From NCBI GenBank assembly GCA_951406725.2, contig OX597815.1, forward strand, positions 42,222,001 through 42,286,000: a stretch of 64,000 nt of DNA, given 5' to 3'. The DNA comes from Octopus vulgaris. Its lineage: Eukaryota. This document shows, one piece after another, positions 12,135 to 25,813 of this stretch (position 1 is the stretch's first letter; each line of letters starts with the position of its first letter). Made by a program: the position numbers and the translations under genes. The notes beneath the pieces are model-generated. The model worked only from the letters and a program-made list of their open reading frames with translations. It ran no database searches and was not told the origin of the DNA.

Positions 12135-12620
12135 GGTTTCAAATTTTGGCACAAGGCCAGCGATTTCGGGGAAGGGAGTAAATCGATTATATCGACCCCA
12201 ATGCTCGAATGGTACTTATTTTATCTTTCCCGGATGGATGAAAGCAAAGTCGACCTAAGCGGAACTTGAATTTAAAACGTAAGGACGGACGAAATGCTGC
12301 TAAGCATTTCGTCCGGCGTGCTAGCGACTCTGCCAGCTCGTCGCCTTAGATATATTTATGATAATGATTGAAGAATATGACAGATAAACTACTACTACAA
12401 TATTGCTTCAAATTTTTAGGCACAAAATTACATTTTACTTGGATGGGAATAGTCAATTAGATTGATTCTAATACTTGATTGGTAATTTATTTTATCGATC
12501 CCGAAAGGATGAAAGGCAAAGCTGAACTCGGTGGATTTGAAATCAGAACGTAACGTGTCAGAAGAAATGCCGCTCAGCATTTTGTCCGGCACGCTGAAGG
12601 CTTTAGCCAGTTCGGCATCT
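12135..12620 (-). mobile_element. Two adjacent family B SINEs
   Basis: Two copies of ggatgaaag(g)caaag..ga.ct..g..gga.ttgaa, each with a head remnant. Confidence 0.85.
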
Positions 12621-12852
12621 TAACTACTGCTGTAATTTTGGGATCATTTATTACTTCAAGTCGCTATTAATATGAAATTAAAAGATATATTGGGAAAATA
12701 GAAAGAACATGCCATTATCTGGTTCTTATCTGAGGATAAAAGGCTTCGAATGACCCGTCCTTGATTTTTGTATCGTTTATCTGGATGTTTTGTTGTCCTT
12801 TTTGTATCACCTAGTTGTTCGGATGCTTTGCGTTCTTGTCCCATTTTGTTTT

Positions 12853-12883
<31 letters not shown>

Positions 12884-12984
12884 AGCGGTGCTCCAGCATG
12901 GCCGCAGTCAAAGGCGGTGCTCCAGCATGGCCGCAGTCAAATGACTGAAACAAGTAAAATAAAAAATAAAATAAAATAAAATAA

Positions 12985-13020
<36 letters not shown>

Positions 13021-13159
13021 CTTTAACAATTAAGGATAAAATCTTGAAAAGAAATCTTAACAATCTTAACATTTCCACGTGCTACGATGGACTCAACGGT
13101 TGTCTGTTTGATTCCGCCTGGTAGGTCGGTTTTGTTTATTTATGATATGTTTTGAATAT

Positions 13160-13223
13160 GTTTCACTGATGAACAAAGGACGTAGATAATACGTTAATTG
13201 CGAAATCACAGGTGATCTGGAAC
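13160..13223 (+). ncRNA. Type I hammerhead ribozyme motif (near canonical)
   Basis: Stem I gtttca/tggaac; CTGATGA 13166-13172; extended stem II; GAAA 13202-13205; stem III ATCA-cagg-TGAT; AUC site ending at 13217. Confidence 0.75.
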
Positions 13224-13351
13224 TAAATTCTTTTTTTTAAATGTCTTGCTTTGAGAATTGCATTCGGTACGATCCGTTTATTTTTGGTAGTATTGACTTT
13301 GAAGGTCCATCCTAGCGTGTGGCATTAATGTGTTATAATGCCCTCTATATA

Positions 13352-13488
<137 letters not shown>

Positions 13489-13783
13489 GTTAAATCAGAT
13501 TCGGGTAAACACCTTGTAAAATGGTATGGATAGGTCATATACAAAATGGTATGGATAGGTCAGTTATTGGTTACCCGCCGATGTCATACAGTGGAAATGC
13601 TCCTCCTGCTGAATATACATCAGGAATTCCATAGTATCCGTAGAGTTTATATAAATATTTATCTATTTATATGTATGCATGTATGTATGTATGTATGTAT
13701 GTATGTATGTATGTATGTATGTATGTATGTATGTATGTATGAATGCCTGTATGTATGTTTGCATGTTTGTATGCAAGAGAAAA

Positions 13784-13817
<34 letters not shown>

Positions 13818-14604
13818 CCTATATGCATCAATGTTAATAAAAACATACATGCTTCCATATATTACACACATGCACTTAAATATTTATATTTAGAGCCACA
13901 AATGGTGTGTGAATACTTATACGTTTGTGTAGGTATGTGTGTATGTGATTGTGTGTGCCAAAAAACTAATCCTGAAATGTGTGAAATATTTTAATTTGTG
14001 TTACAGTACAACATAAATTGAGTTTCAAAATAGCCTTACTCCACCAAAGTTATAGATATGAGCTCTATTATAAACATTACATATTTGTTTTTCTTATACC
14101 ACAATATTCTAAGCATTCTAAATTATAAGCAGTACGTTAAACTTCAACTTCAATAAATTCATTTATTTCTCCATTTACATCTTTTTGTTAGAACTTCTGT
14201 CATTTATGGATTTTGTATAGAATCCTTATGCAAATGTCTTGCAAACATTCATTGTGAACTTCATGTATGAAGTGACATTAATGACGTGCTTTTATGTGTC
14301 AGTACATTCTCCCTATCGTCTGCAATTGAATGCTGTTCAATTGAGTAGAATTCTAGTATTTTTTTTTTCGTTTTTGTTTTTGTTTCTGCAATATATTTAA
14401 ACCATTTTGTTATAACACTTCACAGTCAAGGTGATATTATGAAGGAGCTGGGCTACGCTATGGTACAAATCATTACGAAAATACAAACCACCAACTTCCT
14501 TCACGTTATTCAAATCCATGTTAATATATATCTAAAACAAAAAAACTGAAGACTCATATACAAAGTCATGTACATACATACAGCGCGCGTGTAAATTTAT
14601 CTAT

Positions 14605-14803
14605 TGTCTTTTACGTGTTTTAGTCACTGAACTGCGTCCATGCTGGAGCATCACCTTAAAAGCTCTTAGTGGAATAGATCGATCCTAGGGTTAGAATTTT
14701 GAAATCTGGTACTTATTCTATCGACCTTTGGCTGAACTGTCAAATTACGGATTACGGAGATGTAAACAAGCGGTGTAGTGGTACAAACTTAGCCACAACG
14801 ATA

Positions 14804-14889
<86 letters not shown>

Positions 14890-15280
14890 CTGTTTGATTC
14901 GGCTCTACGCGACTTAAAGTTTTGCAGCCCTTCATCAGAAGTCCGTCTCTTTCAGGCTTTAGATTATCAAAAGTCTGAAAAGAGACGGGCTTCTGTCAGA
15001 GGCCTGCGAAACTTTAAGTCACATAGAGCCGAATAATACATGTAAATAATACATGTAAGTCCTACTAAATGTGTTGAGTGCCCTTTTCTTTCATTTGTTC
15101 AATCACTTGTATATACATAACGTGCTTTTATACAGTTTCTGTCTACCATATTTCCCCACGAGGCATTGGTCGGTCTGGGGCTATAGTAGAGGATACTTGT
15201 GCGAGGTGTCACGTAGTAGGAGTGAACCCGAAGCTACGTGGTTGCAAAGTGAGATTCGTAATCTCACAACTTATGCCTGT
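14605..15280 (-). mobile_element. Family A SINE split by (TA)n and an inverted-repeat insert
   Basis: 3' part at about 14605-14790 and 5' part at about 15130-15280 are collinear with family A. Confidence 0.75.
14897..15034. repeat. Palindrome of two divergently oriented degenerate minimal hammerhead motifs (PLE-like terminus)
   Basis: Arms of about 64 nt; minus arm CTGATGA-agggctgc-AAAA-ctttaag-TC, plus arm CTGTCAG-aggcctgc-GAAA-ctttaag-TC. Confidence 0.75.
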
Positions 15281-16436
15281 ACAATTTTGACTGAATAAGA
15301 TTAATCACTTTACAGTCTGCATTAATTTTGACTACCCTTGTATATTTGTATTTTTTACAGTATTCTTTTTTAGTCTTTATCTGGCAAAGTTTTACTTATT
15401 AGGAAATCATTATGGTCAGGAAGTATGTGTTCAGAAACGTACTTGTTGTTTTAATAGAATAGAGCTTATGCTATCTAGGAAATTGCTGCTCACAACTATT
15501 TTATGTTGATATATGAAGTACAACGATTTGGGCAGTGATATAAATATCTTGTTTCAGCTATTATTATTACTACTGTTTTTGCTAATCCTCCAATTCATTA
15601 ATATTGCATCATCATTATTTATTGATGCTATTATTTCCCAATGGGATAGAATTTGATCCCTTGTTGAATCTGTCTCAAAATGCTAATGTTACAAACGTTA
15701 CTAAAGTTGCTTGTAAAATGCAAAACACGTCACGACAACCCCCTTTCCTCTCCAAAAGTATTCGAAAAACTTTGTTTTTATATTTTTAACAATTAAACCT
15801 CGTTCCACTCATTCAAATGGCGCCAAACTAATATTTACTCACATTGCTCTAAATTAATATTCATAAGATTAAACTACTGCAATATATTTATATATTAATA
15901 TTCATAAGCTTAAACTACAGATAACCGTATACGATTACATGGATTATAATAGTGTAGTACAGCAATAGGATTTATTATACAATAGAAGTAGAGAGAAATA
16001 TTTATACATAGATAAATGTATACTGATTCATTTCTGACTGAGTGTCTCTTCTGGAGGAGAAGTGCCATGATTTAATCGATTGCAGTATATTACTGCTACT
16101 CATTTAAACGGCCCAAGGGGCCAAAAACGGGTATCTGATCACTGAAATATCTGAGAGGATATAATATACAAACCTATGTAGTGGATTGAACTTATTTCTC
16201 CCCACATTATATTTGTGCAGTTTATTGTTACGCAGAAAGACGAAATGGTTAAGAAGTTCGTTTCGTAATCACGAGATTCTGGGTTCAGTCCCACTGTGTG
16301 CTATATTGGGCAAAAATCTTTAACTACTGTCTTGAAACTGAGAAGAAAGAAACTACACGGAAGCCGTCGGAAGCACTATAATTTAAAAGTTCAGTGTTTC
16401 ACATGGTACCAAACTAATTCTGTCTGATAATTATAT

Positions 16437-17205
16437 TGTTTCAAATTTTGGCACAAGGCCAGCAATATCAAGCGAAAGGGTGTGTGTATGTGTGTGTGTG
16501 TGTGTATGGATTAGTCGATTACATCGACCTCAATACGTGACTGATAATTTATTTTATGGAACCGGAAAAGATGAAAGGATAAGTTACCCTCAGCGTAATT
16601 TCAACTCAGAATGTAAGGAGCAGGAAGAAATACCGCTAAGCATTTTGTTCAACGTGCTAACAAGTTTTACCAGCTTGCAGAATACATAGGTAATTTCGGT
16701 AGAAGAGGTAAATCGATTACATTGATCCCAGTGATCGACTGGTACTTATTTTATTGACCCAGAAAGGATGAAAGGCAAACTCGATGACTTCAGCGTAATT
16801 TGAACTCAGACCGTAAAGATTCCGCCAGCTCACCGCCTAGATTGAAGAGTATATTGAGAATTATATCAAGGTTACACTTAATGTTTAGTACTAGTTTAGC
16901 ACTTAGGTCGATGTAATCGACTGCCCCTCCTTTAAAAATTGCTGGCCTTGTACCAAAATTAGAAAGAATATTAAGTTTACAAGTATCTGTAAAACTTTCG
17001 CTTACACGCCAATTCAATATGCATATATTTTAGTTGATTGAACAACTGAATTTTCAACAACGGAAAAAAAAACGGAAATCCATTTACTATTATAATAACG
17101 ATTTAAAATCTGGGTACATGGCCAGCAATTTTAGGTATAGGGGTATGGTCGATTACATCAACGTTAGTGCTCAGACGGTCTAATGATTCTGTTAGCTCGC
17201 CAACC
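16437..17205. mobile_element. Cluster of four degenerate family B SINE fragments
   Basis: Repeated gtcgattacatcgac, ggcacaaggccagcaat and ttgaactcaga motifs in both orientations. Confidence 0.75.
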
Positions 17206-17212
17206 TACTGTC

Positions 17213-17264
<52 letters not shown>

Positions 17265-17339
17265 TATACATACATACACATACATATATATATGTATACA
17301 TATATGTATGTATATATATGAACATACATACATACATAC

Positions 17340-17374
<35 letters not shown>

Positions 17375-18207
17375 CCACGTCTGATCAACAAGTATCCGGA
17401 CTGTTGCCATAGTAACGAAACTAAAACACGTAGAGTAAAGCCGCTTGACAAAGATTGACATTGAACTCTGCTATACATATGCACTAAGTTTTAACGTTCC
17501 ACCTCACTTCCGCTGTATAAAGCAGTGCTTGGAAGGAAGGTGTGTAGCGTGTGATCACTGACTATGACAGAGAAAGTTGTCATGGCAATACCTGCTCAGT
17601 GGCCTTCAAAGTTGCAGAAAATGTATGGAGAGGAGTGTACAAGTGTACGAGTGGTTCAGATGTTTCCAAGATAGCCGAAAAATGTCGATTTTGACGAACG
17701 TTTTGGGAGATCTGCAACCAGCAGAACTGAGATGTGCGTGTAGCCGTGAGGGAATATCTTCGAATCACCATTCGTGAGTTATCAGAGGATGTCAGATTAG
17801 TTACGGTTCAGTTATTCAATCCATTATCACTAAAGATTTGAGTAAGAGACGCGTGTCTGCTAAGTTTGTGCCAAAACTGCTTTCAGTTGACCGAAATGGT
17901 ACACGGGTTTTAGCTGCACAAGATCTCCTTGATTGCATCGAGAACGATGAAAACCCTTTGAAAACTTTGCGTCGGCCTCTAAGCAGGTATCACCAAGCTT
18001 TTGGCAAAATTTGATGCAAATTCTGTACTCAACTTTCTCTGACATGGTCAATGCGTCGATCACACGCTACACACCCTTACAAGCACTGTTATAAACAGCG
18101 AAAGTGAGCTAGAACATTAAAACTTTGTACGCATGCACAGCAGAGTTGAAGATCAATCTTTGCCAACGGCTTTACTCTGCGTACTTTAGGTTCGTTACTA
18201 TGGCAAC
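17375..18207. mobile_element. Mariner-derived fold-back element made of two facing 5' ends
   Basis: 17403-17580 is the inverse of 18030-18207; plus strand gives QVYEWFRCFQD and AKFVPKLLS, minus strand gives MSEKVEYRICIKFCQKLG (mariner N-terminal HTH). Confidence 0.88.
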
Positions 18208-18423
18208 GTTTCACTTATTAAACTGCAGCCATACTGTTGCACCGCCTTGAATGATTTTTAGTTTTAGTTCTTATTTTTTTAAAACCCGGTACCTATTCTA
18301 TCGACCTCTTTGCCCAACCGCTCAGTTACAGGGACATAAAACACACCAACACTGGTTTCAAACGGCGGTGTGGAACAAACACAGACAGAAAGATACACAC
18401 ACATGCATGCACAGAACACATAC

Positions 18424-19395
18424 ATATTTGGGGCTTACCAATTTTGAACTGTCTCAAGTGTAACAGGACGAAACTGTAATGATGATTGGAAGCTTGACTG
18501 ATGAGTAGAAAGCCACGAATCGTCTTTGTATCGTCCGTCTGTCCGTATGTTTTTATTGTCGTCCGGTACGTTCTTGTTCCGTTTTTTTTTAAAAATTATA
18601 TATACATATCGCGGTGTACATATACCTTTTGTTCAGCTTGTAAGTAAGTATATATTTTAAATTCTGTACGACTTTCTTCTTCTTTCTTACCTCTTTTCTT
18701 TTTCTCGTTACCCTCTCTCACTTTCTTGTCATTCTCTGTCTTTCCATTTTTTCTTTTTCTCGCTCTCCCTCTCTCACATTTCTTGGCATTTTCTTTCTTT
18801 AATCTCTCTACTTTCCTCTGTTATTTCCTTTGTACCTTTCTCTCTAACCTCTCTCTCTCCCTCTCTCTCTAGTTCCTTCCCTAATTCTTCAATCCCTCTG
18901 CTCCTTACTTCTCTTTGTTCTTCCCACGTGAGAGGTGTTCGACCAAACATGATCTTTCTTTCTTGGCCTGACCGCCGCTCGCACAACACCTTATTTTCCT
19001 GTCTCCTGGCTTTTATCTGTTTTTTGTCACAAGGCTCCCACTTCACACGCCATCTTAACTTGTCCTTGTAGTCGAAAGGCACCTGTTGTTATTCATGTCG
19101 TTTGTATTTGTAGTCGTGTAACATTTTCTCCGTTTTCTCGTTTTTTTTTGTCCGTATTGCCGCACATATTCCCTCGCTTTCTTCTCAAAATTTAATGCGC
19201 TTAGCTTAGATATTTGGGGGCCTACCAATTTTGAACAGTTTCAAGTGTAACAGACCGAAACTGTTATGATGATTGGAAGCTTGGCTGATGAATAGAAAGC
19301 CATGACTTTTCCGTCCTGGTTTTCCTGTCCGTCTTCGTATCGTCCATCTATCCGTATGTTTTTATTGTTACGTTTTTGTTCCGTCTCTTTTTGGA
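18424..19395 (+). mobile_element. Element with about 170-bp direct terminal repeats and a CT-rich body, probably non-autonomous PLE-type
   Basis: 18424-18590 is repeated at 19210-19395; each repeat carries CTGATGA plus a hairpin. It lies between the two halves of a family A SINE. Confidence 0.6.
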
Positions 19396-19424
19396 TTTAT
19401 ATACATACATACATAAATACATGA

Positions 19425-19519
<95 letters not shown>

Positions 19520-19537
19520 GAGTCTCTCAGAAACTGC

Positions 19538-19778
19538 ATCAACTGATTTTACTAGACACTCTTATGGGATGGAAAAAGACGTAACTTCTCATATTCGCCC
19601 TTCAAGTTCTTCCAAAGTCTTTGGTTTAGTACAGTGGACTTGTTCCTTTAACCAACCCCAAATAAAGAAGTCACAGAGTGTTAAGTTGGGACTTTTGGCC
19701 GGCCACTCATGCGGAATACAATGACCAATCCATCTCCTGGAAAAGTGGGCATTCAGTCATTTGTGAATGACATGAGCA
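19538..19778 (-). pseudogene. Tc1/mariner-superfamily transposase fragment (maT/DD37D-like)
   Basis: Minus translation RRWIGHCIPHEWPAKSPNLTLCDFFIWGWLKEQV resembles the WPPRSPDLTPLDFFLWG motif. Confidence 0.8.
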
Positions 19779-22125
19779 ATACAATTAAAGAATTAATTCT
19801 CATACAAACAAGTACAAAAAATTAGAGAAAAAATTACAATTAATAAATGATTGATATTTTAAGATAGGGAGTTACCTTTCAATCACCATGTATATCGGGT
19901 TTCTTTCAGTTTCAGTTTCTACCAAATCTACTCACAAGGTGTGTTCTAATGTAACCCGAGGCTATAGTAGAAGACGGTTGCCCAAAGCGTCGCGCAGTGG
20001 GACTAAACCCGGAGCCATGTGGTAGGGAAACAAACTTTGTACCATATACATACATACATACATACATACATACATACATACATACATACATACAAACATA
20101 CATACATACATACATACACACATACACACACACACGCACGCACGTACGCGCACACACACACACTCACACACATATATATGTATATATAAATCGAAATGCT
20201 TTTGGTGGTTTGACAGAATCGGTAGAGCATCGGACAAAATACTGAGATGGCATTTAGTTACATACCTTTACATTCAAATATCTGTCTTTGCTTTTCATCC
20301 TTATGGAGTCGATAAAGTAGCCGCGAGTGAAACATTAGAGCAGGTATAATGGACTGTGCCACAATCCAAATATAAAGTATTGTGTTCAACATCTTGAAAG
20401 ACATTTTGAAACATTTTTAGAATAGTGTCAAAAAAGAGAAATATCGTTAGTCTTGTTCACATATTTTATGAAGAAAATATTAAAATCTTAGAGAAATATA
20501 GTATCTGAATAATTTTGGTTTCTTTGACTATTTTTAAGTCAATGATAATGTTCCATGAGGCGTTTAAAAAAAATGAGGAAGTAACTTTTCTTAGCAGAAA
20601 AAAATTCTATTGATTTCATCGGTTTTATTCTTAGAAATGTTGAAAATAAATCATTTTCTTGAAAAAGTAAATGAATGTGTTCTAATAAAGATGGTTTGAA
20701 AGCAATTTCTGTTCAATTTATACACAGTGACAGAATTAAGTATTGCTTTTGACCTTTCCAGAAGTTGGAAAGATTTTGACCCTTAACAAACTACAATCCA
20801 TTCTTTAATGTTCTTAGATTAGAGTATCATTGTCGCAATTCATGCACCGAAAAAATTTTTTTTTCCATTACATTTCTTTGCTATTTTAAGAATTTTACAT
20901 AACATATGTATTTTGGTACTTCAGTATAATTTACTACGTACAAAAGAATGTAATCGACACGAAATATCTTCATTTATTCCGCAACCTCAATATAATAGTT
21001 ACTCAATGCTAACACTGTGAACTTTACATTGAAGTTTATTTACTTATACTGTATTTATTTCAAATATATTTATTTCAAATAATTCTAAACGGTTGTATGT
21101 CAATATATTTCAGATCTCTTATTAAGCATATGCTGTACCTCTGGTGGATATTTCGAGTAAAAAAAAAAAAACATAAAATTTTGGATTCTTAAACATAAAA
21201 AAAATTCTTAAACAAATTTATAGGAAATTAAATATCTGTTGAGAATGTATAGTTTTAATTAACTAAATTTATTGGTATTTTCTACGTCAATTGTACAAGA
21301 AACAACATTACAATACGATGAAGCAGCAGGCATCTTTGGGTATTTTCCGTGGTAACCTTCAAATTTATGAGGCCACTTTATGTGCATTTCAAAACATTTA
21401 TAGACTTCTGTCTGATCTGCAGTAACGGTTCGGTTATATTTCCCCGAAGAGGCTTGATAATATCGAAACGTGCATTCACTAACTACCGAATTCACAAAGA
21501 GATTTACAATTAGAATTAAAATCCGGGTTGTCTCCCCTGCTTTTTTTTTTTATCAGAATTCTCATCACTAAAGGTGTTAATTTATTTTATTAAAGTTTCT
21601 TTCATGACTGCATCAAGTAAGCCATCACCTATTTTACTATTATTGCCTGTAGAACTATCTAATGTGCAAATATGTCTCGTAACATTAAATTAGGGTTACA
21701 CAACTGAATTTGCATTCGAAAGATATGTAAATACGAAAGCTGAGTCCCACGCTTTGACACTTTGATATACAACCTAAACAGTACATTAAAATACTTCGGG
21801 TTTAGATTTATAGCCAATCACATATTCATGAAACAATTAGAAGACTGTTAGGATATTCTGAATCTTCTAGTTTTAGTGACCATTTAGTTGTCAATAAATA
21901 TTGGTTATTTTGTTAGAAGTGTACAATTCTTCAACCGTATAGGTGCTAAACTGATCGCTGTTGGATTTGGTGACAAGTTGAATAGATATGAAACTAGATT
22001 TATAGCTAGTGAAATGGATTTCTTCACAACAGTTGCATTGGTCCACACAATCTTTTCAACTAAGTTAGTGCCCGAGGCATAAATTTATTTTCCATTGTAT
22101 TAATTTTTCAACACTACGAAACATT

Positions 22126-22218
<93 letters not shown>

Positions 22219-22222
<4 letters not shown>

Positions 22223-22352
22223 GACAGAATTAAGTGTTGGTTTTGACCTTTCCAGAAGTTAGTTGGAAAGATTTTGACCCGTAACAAACTACAATCCATT
22301 CCTTAAGGTTCTTAGATTACAGTATCATTGTCGCAATTCATGCACCGAAAAT
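22219..22352 (+). repeat. About 135-bp direct duplicate of 20726-20852, embedded in (CA)n
   Basis: agtgacagaattaagt...gtcgcaattcatgcaccgaaaa is present at both sites. Confidence 0.9.
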
Positions 22353-22454
22353 ATACGCAAACACACACTCACACACGTGTGCGCGCACACACACACACGC
22401 ATTCACAAACACTCACACACTCATGCAACACACACACACATATATATATATAGG

Positions 22455-23223
22455 AGCGAAGCATGTAACTATAATAACATACCACTCTTTATCTATTGGG
22501 TAATGATCTGAAACGCGCATGTTGAATGCATTCAAAATCTCATTATTTGGTTTTATATATATATATCTGCACTCACAGGTCAATCTTCGACACCCATCCC
22601 TTCTCCTCTCTGATTCCTTCTTTCTCTCTCTTCTCTCTCTTTGTTGCGTTTGTCCCTCCTCTCTCTCTCTCCTCTCTCTCTCTCTTCCGTTGCTTCTCTT
22701 TCTTTTCTTTTCTCTCTTCTCTGTCACGTGACTGCTGGCCGAAATCTGCCTTTCAGCTTCTGACCAGCGTCGTGTTAACATCGTTGTTTTTCGTCCGCCG
22801 CTATAGGCATCGCCGATAAGGCTCCTTTCCTTGCGCCAGAGAAAAAAATTTGTTTGCTTGTTATCAGTCGTAAGACACTTGTTGTTGTTTTCACCGTTAA
22901 TGCTTCTGTATTTCATGTTTCTGTATTCCATTATTTTTTTGTTTTTTTATATTCGTCCCTTTTGCTGTCCTGGTGTCCGTATGCATTCGATCCTTCTTCC
23001 AGGAAATCTACGCTCCCAGCTTAGTTTTTCTAATGCTCGTTGCTTAGTTTTTCTTGGAGGGCTGGCCGTGATCTAGTAATCTCAAGATTAATCAGCCGAA
23101 ATTACTACGATGATCCGGTTCTTGACTGAAGACTGAGGGTTTCGAATGTCCTGTCCGTGTTTATTGTATCGTCTTCTAAGAGTTATACGTTCTTGTCCAT
23201 GTTGTATTTTTCTACATACCTTA

Positions 23224-23225
<2 letters not shown>
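22455..23225 (+). mobile_element. CT-rich PLE-like non-autonomous fragment between (TA)n tracts
   Basis: Same layout as 18600-19395; 3' part shares ggttctt..ctga.ga..ttcgaatg..gtcc with 12712-12860. Confidence 0.55.
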
Positions 23226-23278
<53 letters not shown>

Positions 23279-23739
23279 GAGAAAGAGAGGGAGAAAGTGG
23301 GCGAGAAGAACAGATATTAGTGTCAAGAAAGTCAAATTAATTAATTGGAAATGAAAGCCGTAAGCTTGATATTACATTTCAAATATTATATTTTAATTAG
23401 AGAAACTTAATCATGCTTTCTGGAGTAGATTATATAAAAATATATGGAAAAATGTTTATGTCCTATGTATGTATGTATGTATGTATGTATGTATGTATGT
23501 ATGTATGTATGTATGTATGTATGTATGTATGTATGTATGTATAATGTACATTATTTGCATTTGATGAATATATGTCCTCATCTTGTTTGTTGTTAACACA
23601 ACGTTTCGGCTGTGTCCTGGGGATAGGAAGGATAGGAAAAAAATTAGCCTTAAGCCTTAAAATTCACTCCATAATTGCCCACGGGCATATGGCATTGTGG
23701 TTACGAGTTCGATTTCAGGCAGTGAAATGACTACTACTA

Positions 23740-23839
23740 NNNNNNNNNNNNNNNNNNNNNNNNNNNNNNNNNNNNNNNNNNNNNNNNNNNNNNNNNNNNN
23801 NNNNNNNNNNNNNNNNNNNNNNNNNNNNNNNNNNNNNNN
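23740..23839. other. Assembly gap (100 N)
   Basis: Run of N; contiguity across the gap is not guaranteed. Confidence 1.
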
Positions 23840-24148
23840 ATGATGTTTTAAACCTCTTTTTCTATCTTCCTACATTTTATGCAAAATTCCTCTCAAATGA
23901 ATATATCAAAAATGTATCAAACTTCCCGGCAAATTTTGTCGTGTTAAACATAATTACAAATGCTAAAATATGAATCTGAATTTTTTTCTGGATTACATAT
24001 ATGTATTACATATTTACACCCAATATCATTTATTTATACAAGTTAAAATTAAAATTTGTTATTTGAAATGTCATCAATGTTCCTTTGAGTGCACGCACGC
24101 ACGCACAAACATACACTCACTCTCACATAATGTATACGCTCATATGTT

Positions 24149-24184
<36 letters not shown>

Positions 24185-24274
24185 AACGAATATGTATGTA
24201 TATATATATTTGCATGTATGTATGCATGTATGCATATATATTTGTGTGTGTATGTGTGCATATATATGTATATA

Positions 24275-24471
24275 CAGGGTGTCCATAAATTATCTTTACA
24301 ATTCAAAAAATTCAGAAAAAATGAAAAGTAAGGATAAATCAGCAGAGGAAAACATTGGTAAATAAATAAAGTTTTATTAGGAACATCAGAACACCTCCAC
24401 GTGTTTGATTAATAAATCTCAAAGTGAATACATAAAGAAATTGTGGAAGTTGTAACGATAATTTATGAACA

Positions 24472-24475
<4 letters not shown>
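24275..24475. mobile_element. Tc1/mariner-type MITE
   Basis: TA then cagggtgtccataaattatctttacaa; the right end ttgtaacgataatttatgaacactct is its imperfect inverse. Confidence 0.8.
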
Positions 24476-24535
<60 letters not shown>

Positions 24536-24675
24536 TTAGCTTTGTATGAATATACACATACATATATGTATATATGCATATATAAATGTTATCATGAATG
24601 CTTATATATCATGCATGTAAGTATATATGCATGTATGTGTATGCTTGTATATGTAACTTTGTGTATCCTTATGTG

Positions 24676-24717
<42 letters not shown>

Positions 24718-25315
24718 GTGTATATATGTACATATGTCTGTATATGTGTATTAAGGCATATATAGATACATATGCTCATGTATTTCTAAGTATGTCATTC
24801 AATTACGGTAGTGGTTGAATAATATTCCTAAGGCCACAATTTACTTACACGCAACATCTTCAGAACTTTGTCGCTATTTCAGTTCTTAATCAAATTGAAA
24901 ACCGTTAACATTTTTGAAGAGGACTAGTCCCTAGCTACATTTTGGCATAAAACATTGAGATTTGATTCAATAGAAAAAGGTTTACATCAAAATTTATAGC
25001 AACGTTATATGAGAGTAAGTAATGCATCCAATCATGTTTGCATCTAAATAATTTTATTTATTTTAAAAGCAAAATATATTTATCTTAGCTTCAATGATAG
25101 AAGAAAGCATGAGAAATTTCATAGTTTTGAACCCAGGCAACAAAATATTGTATCAAAAAATTGTGAGGTAAAATAACATGAAAAAAATATAAGTAAGGCA
25201 AAAACTTGGATTTATGTATAATTACCTTATCTATTTTAAAAACAAACTATAATTTAATTAAGTTTATATGATAGAGCTCAACTCGAGGAATTTCTCAGTA
25301 TCAATCTCATGCAAT

Positions 25316-25680
25316 GAAGTTTTAAAAGAAATAAGTTATGAGTGTTTGTTTCTCAATTTTGAGGGTGATAATATAGTTCTATACTTTTTTTATGAATATA
25401 GTTCTATAAGAGGGTTTTTAATATATGTCATCAGCATCATTGTGATAAGGAAAAAATTATCAACGACACCACTAATTTGCAATTAGTTTAATTACGTCAT
25501 CTGTATTAATTAATGCAATTATATCATGTAAATCATGTAATATCTGAGACGAAAAAGAAGTTTTAAAAGAAAAAAGTTATGAGTGTTTGTTTCTCAAATT
25601 TGGGGATGATAATACAGTTCAATACTCTTTTATGAATATAGTTCTATAAGGGCACTTTTAACGTATGTCACTGGCATCAA
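25316..25680. repeat. About 125-bp direct repeat, period about 241 bp, likely internal to a DNA-transposon remnant
   Basis: gaagttttaaaagaaa.aagttatgagtgtttgtttctcaa...gcatca occurs twice. Confidence 0.85.
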
Positions 25681-25813
25681 TAATAATTCAATCACAAAAA
25701 TGGAAAAATTAAAATATTATTTAGAAGTTTATTAAATTTAGTATTCAATTTTCAATAAGGTAAAATCTTGAATTATTAATTGACACATTATTAATTAGCA
25801 TAATAGCATAGCC

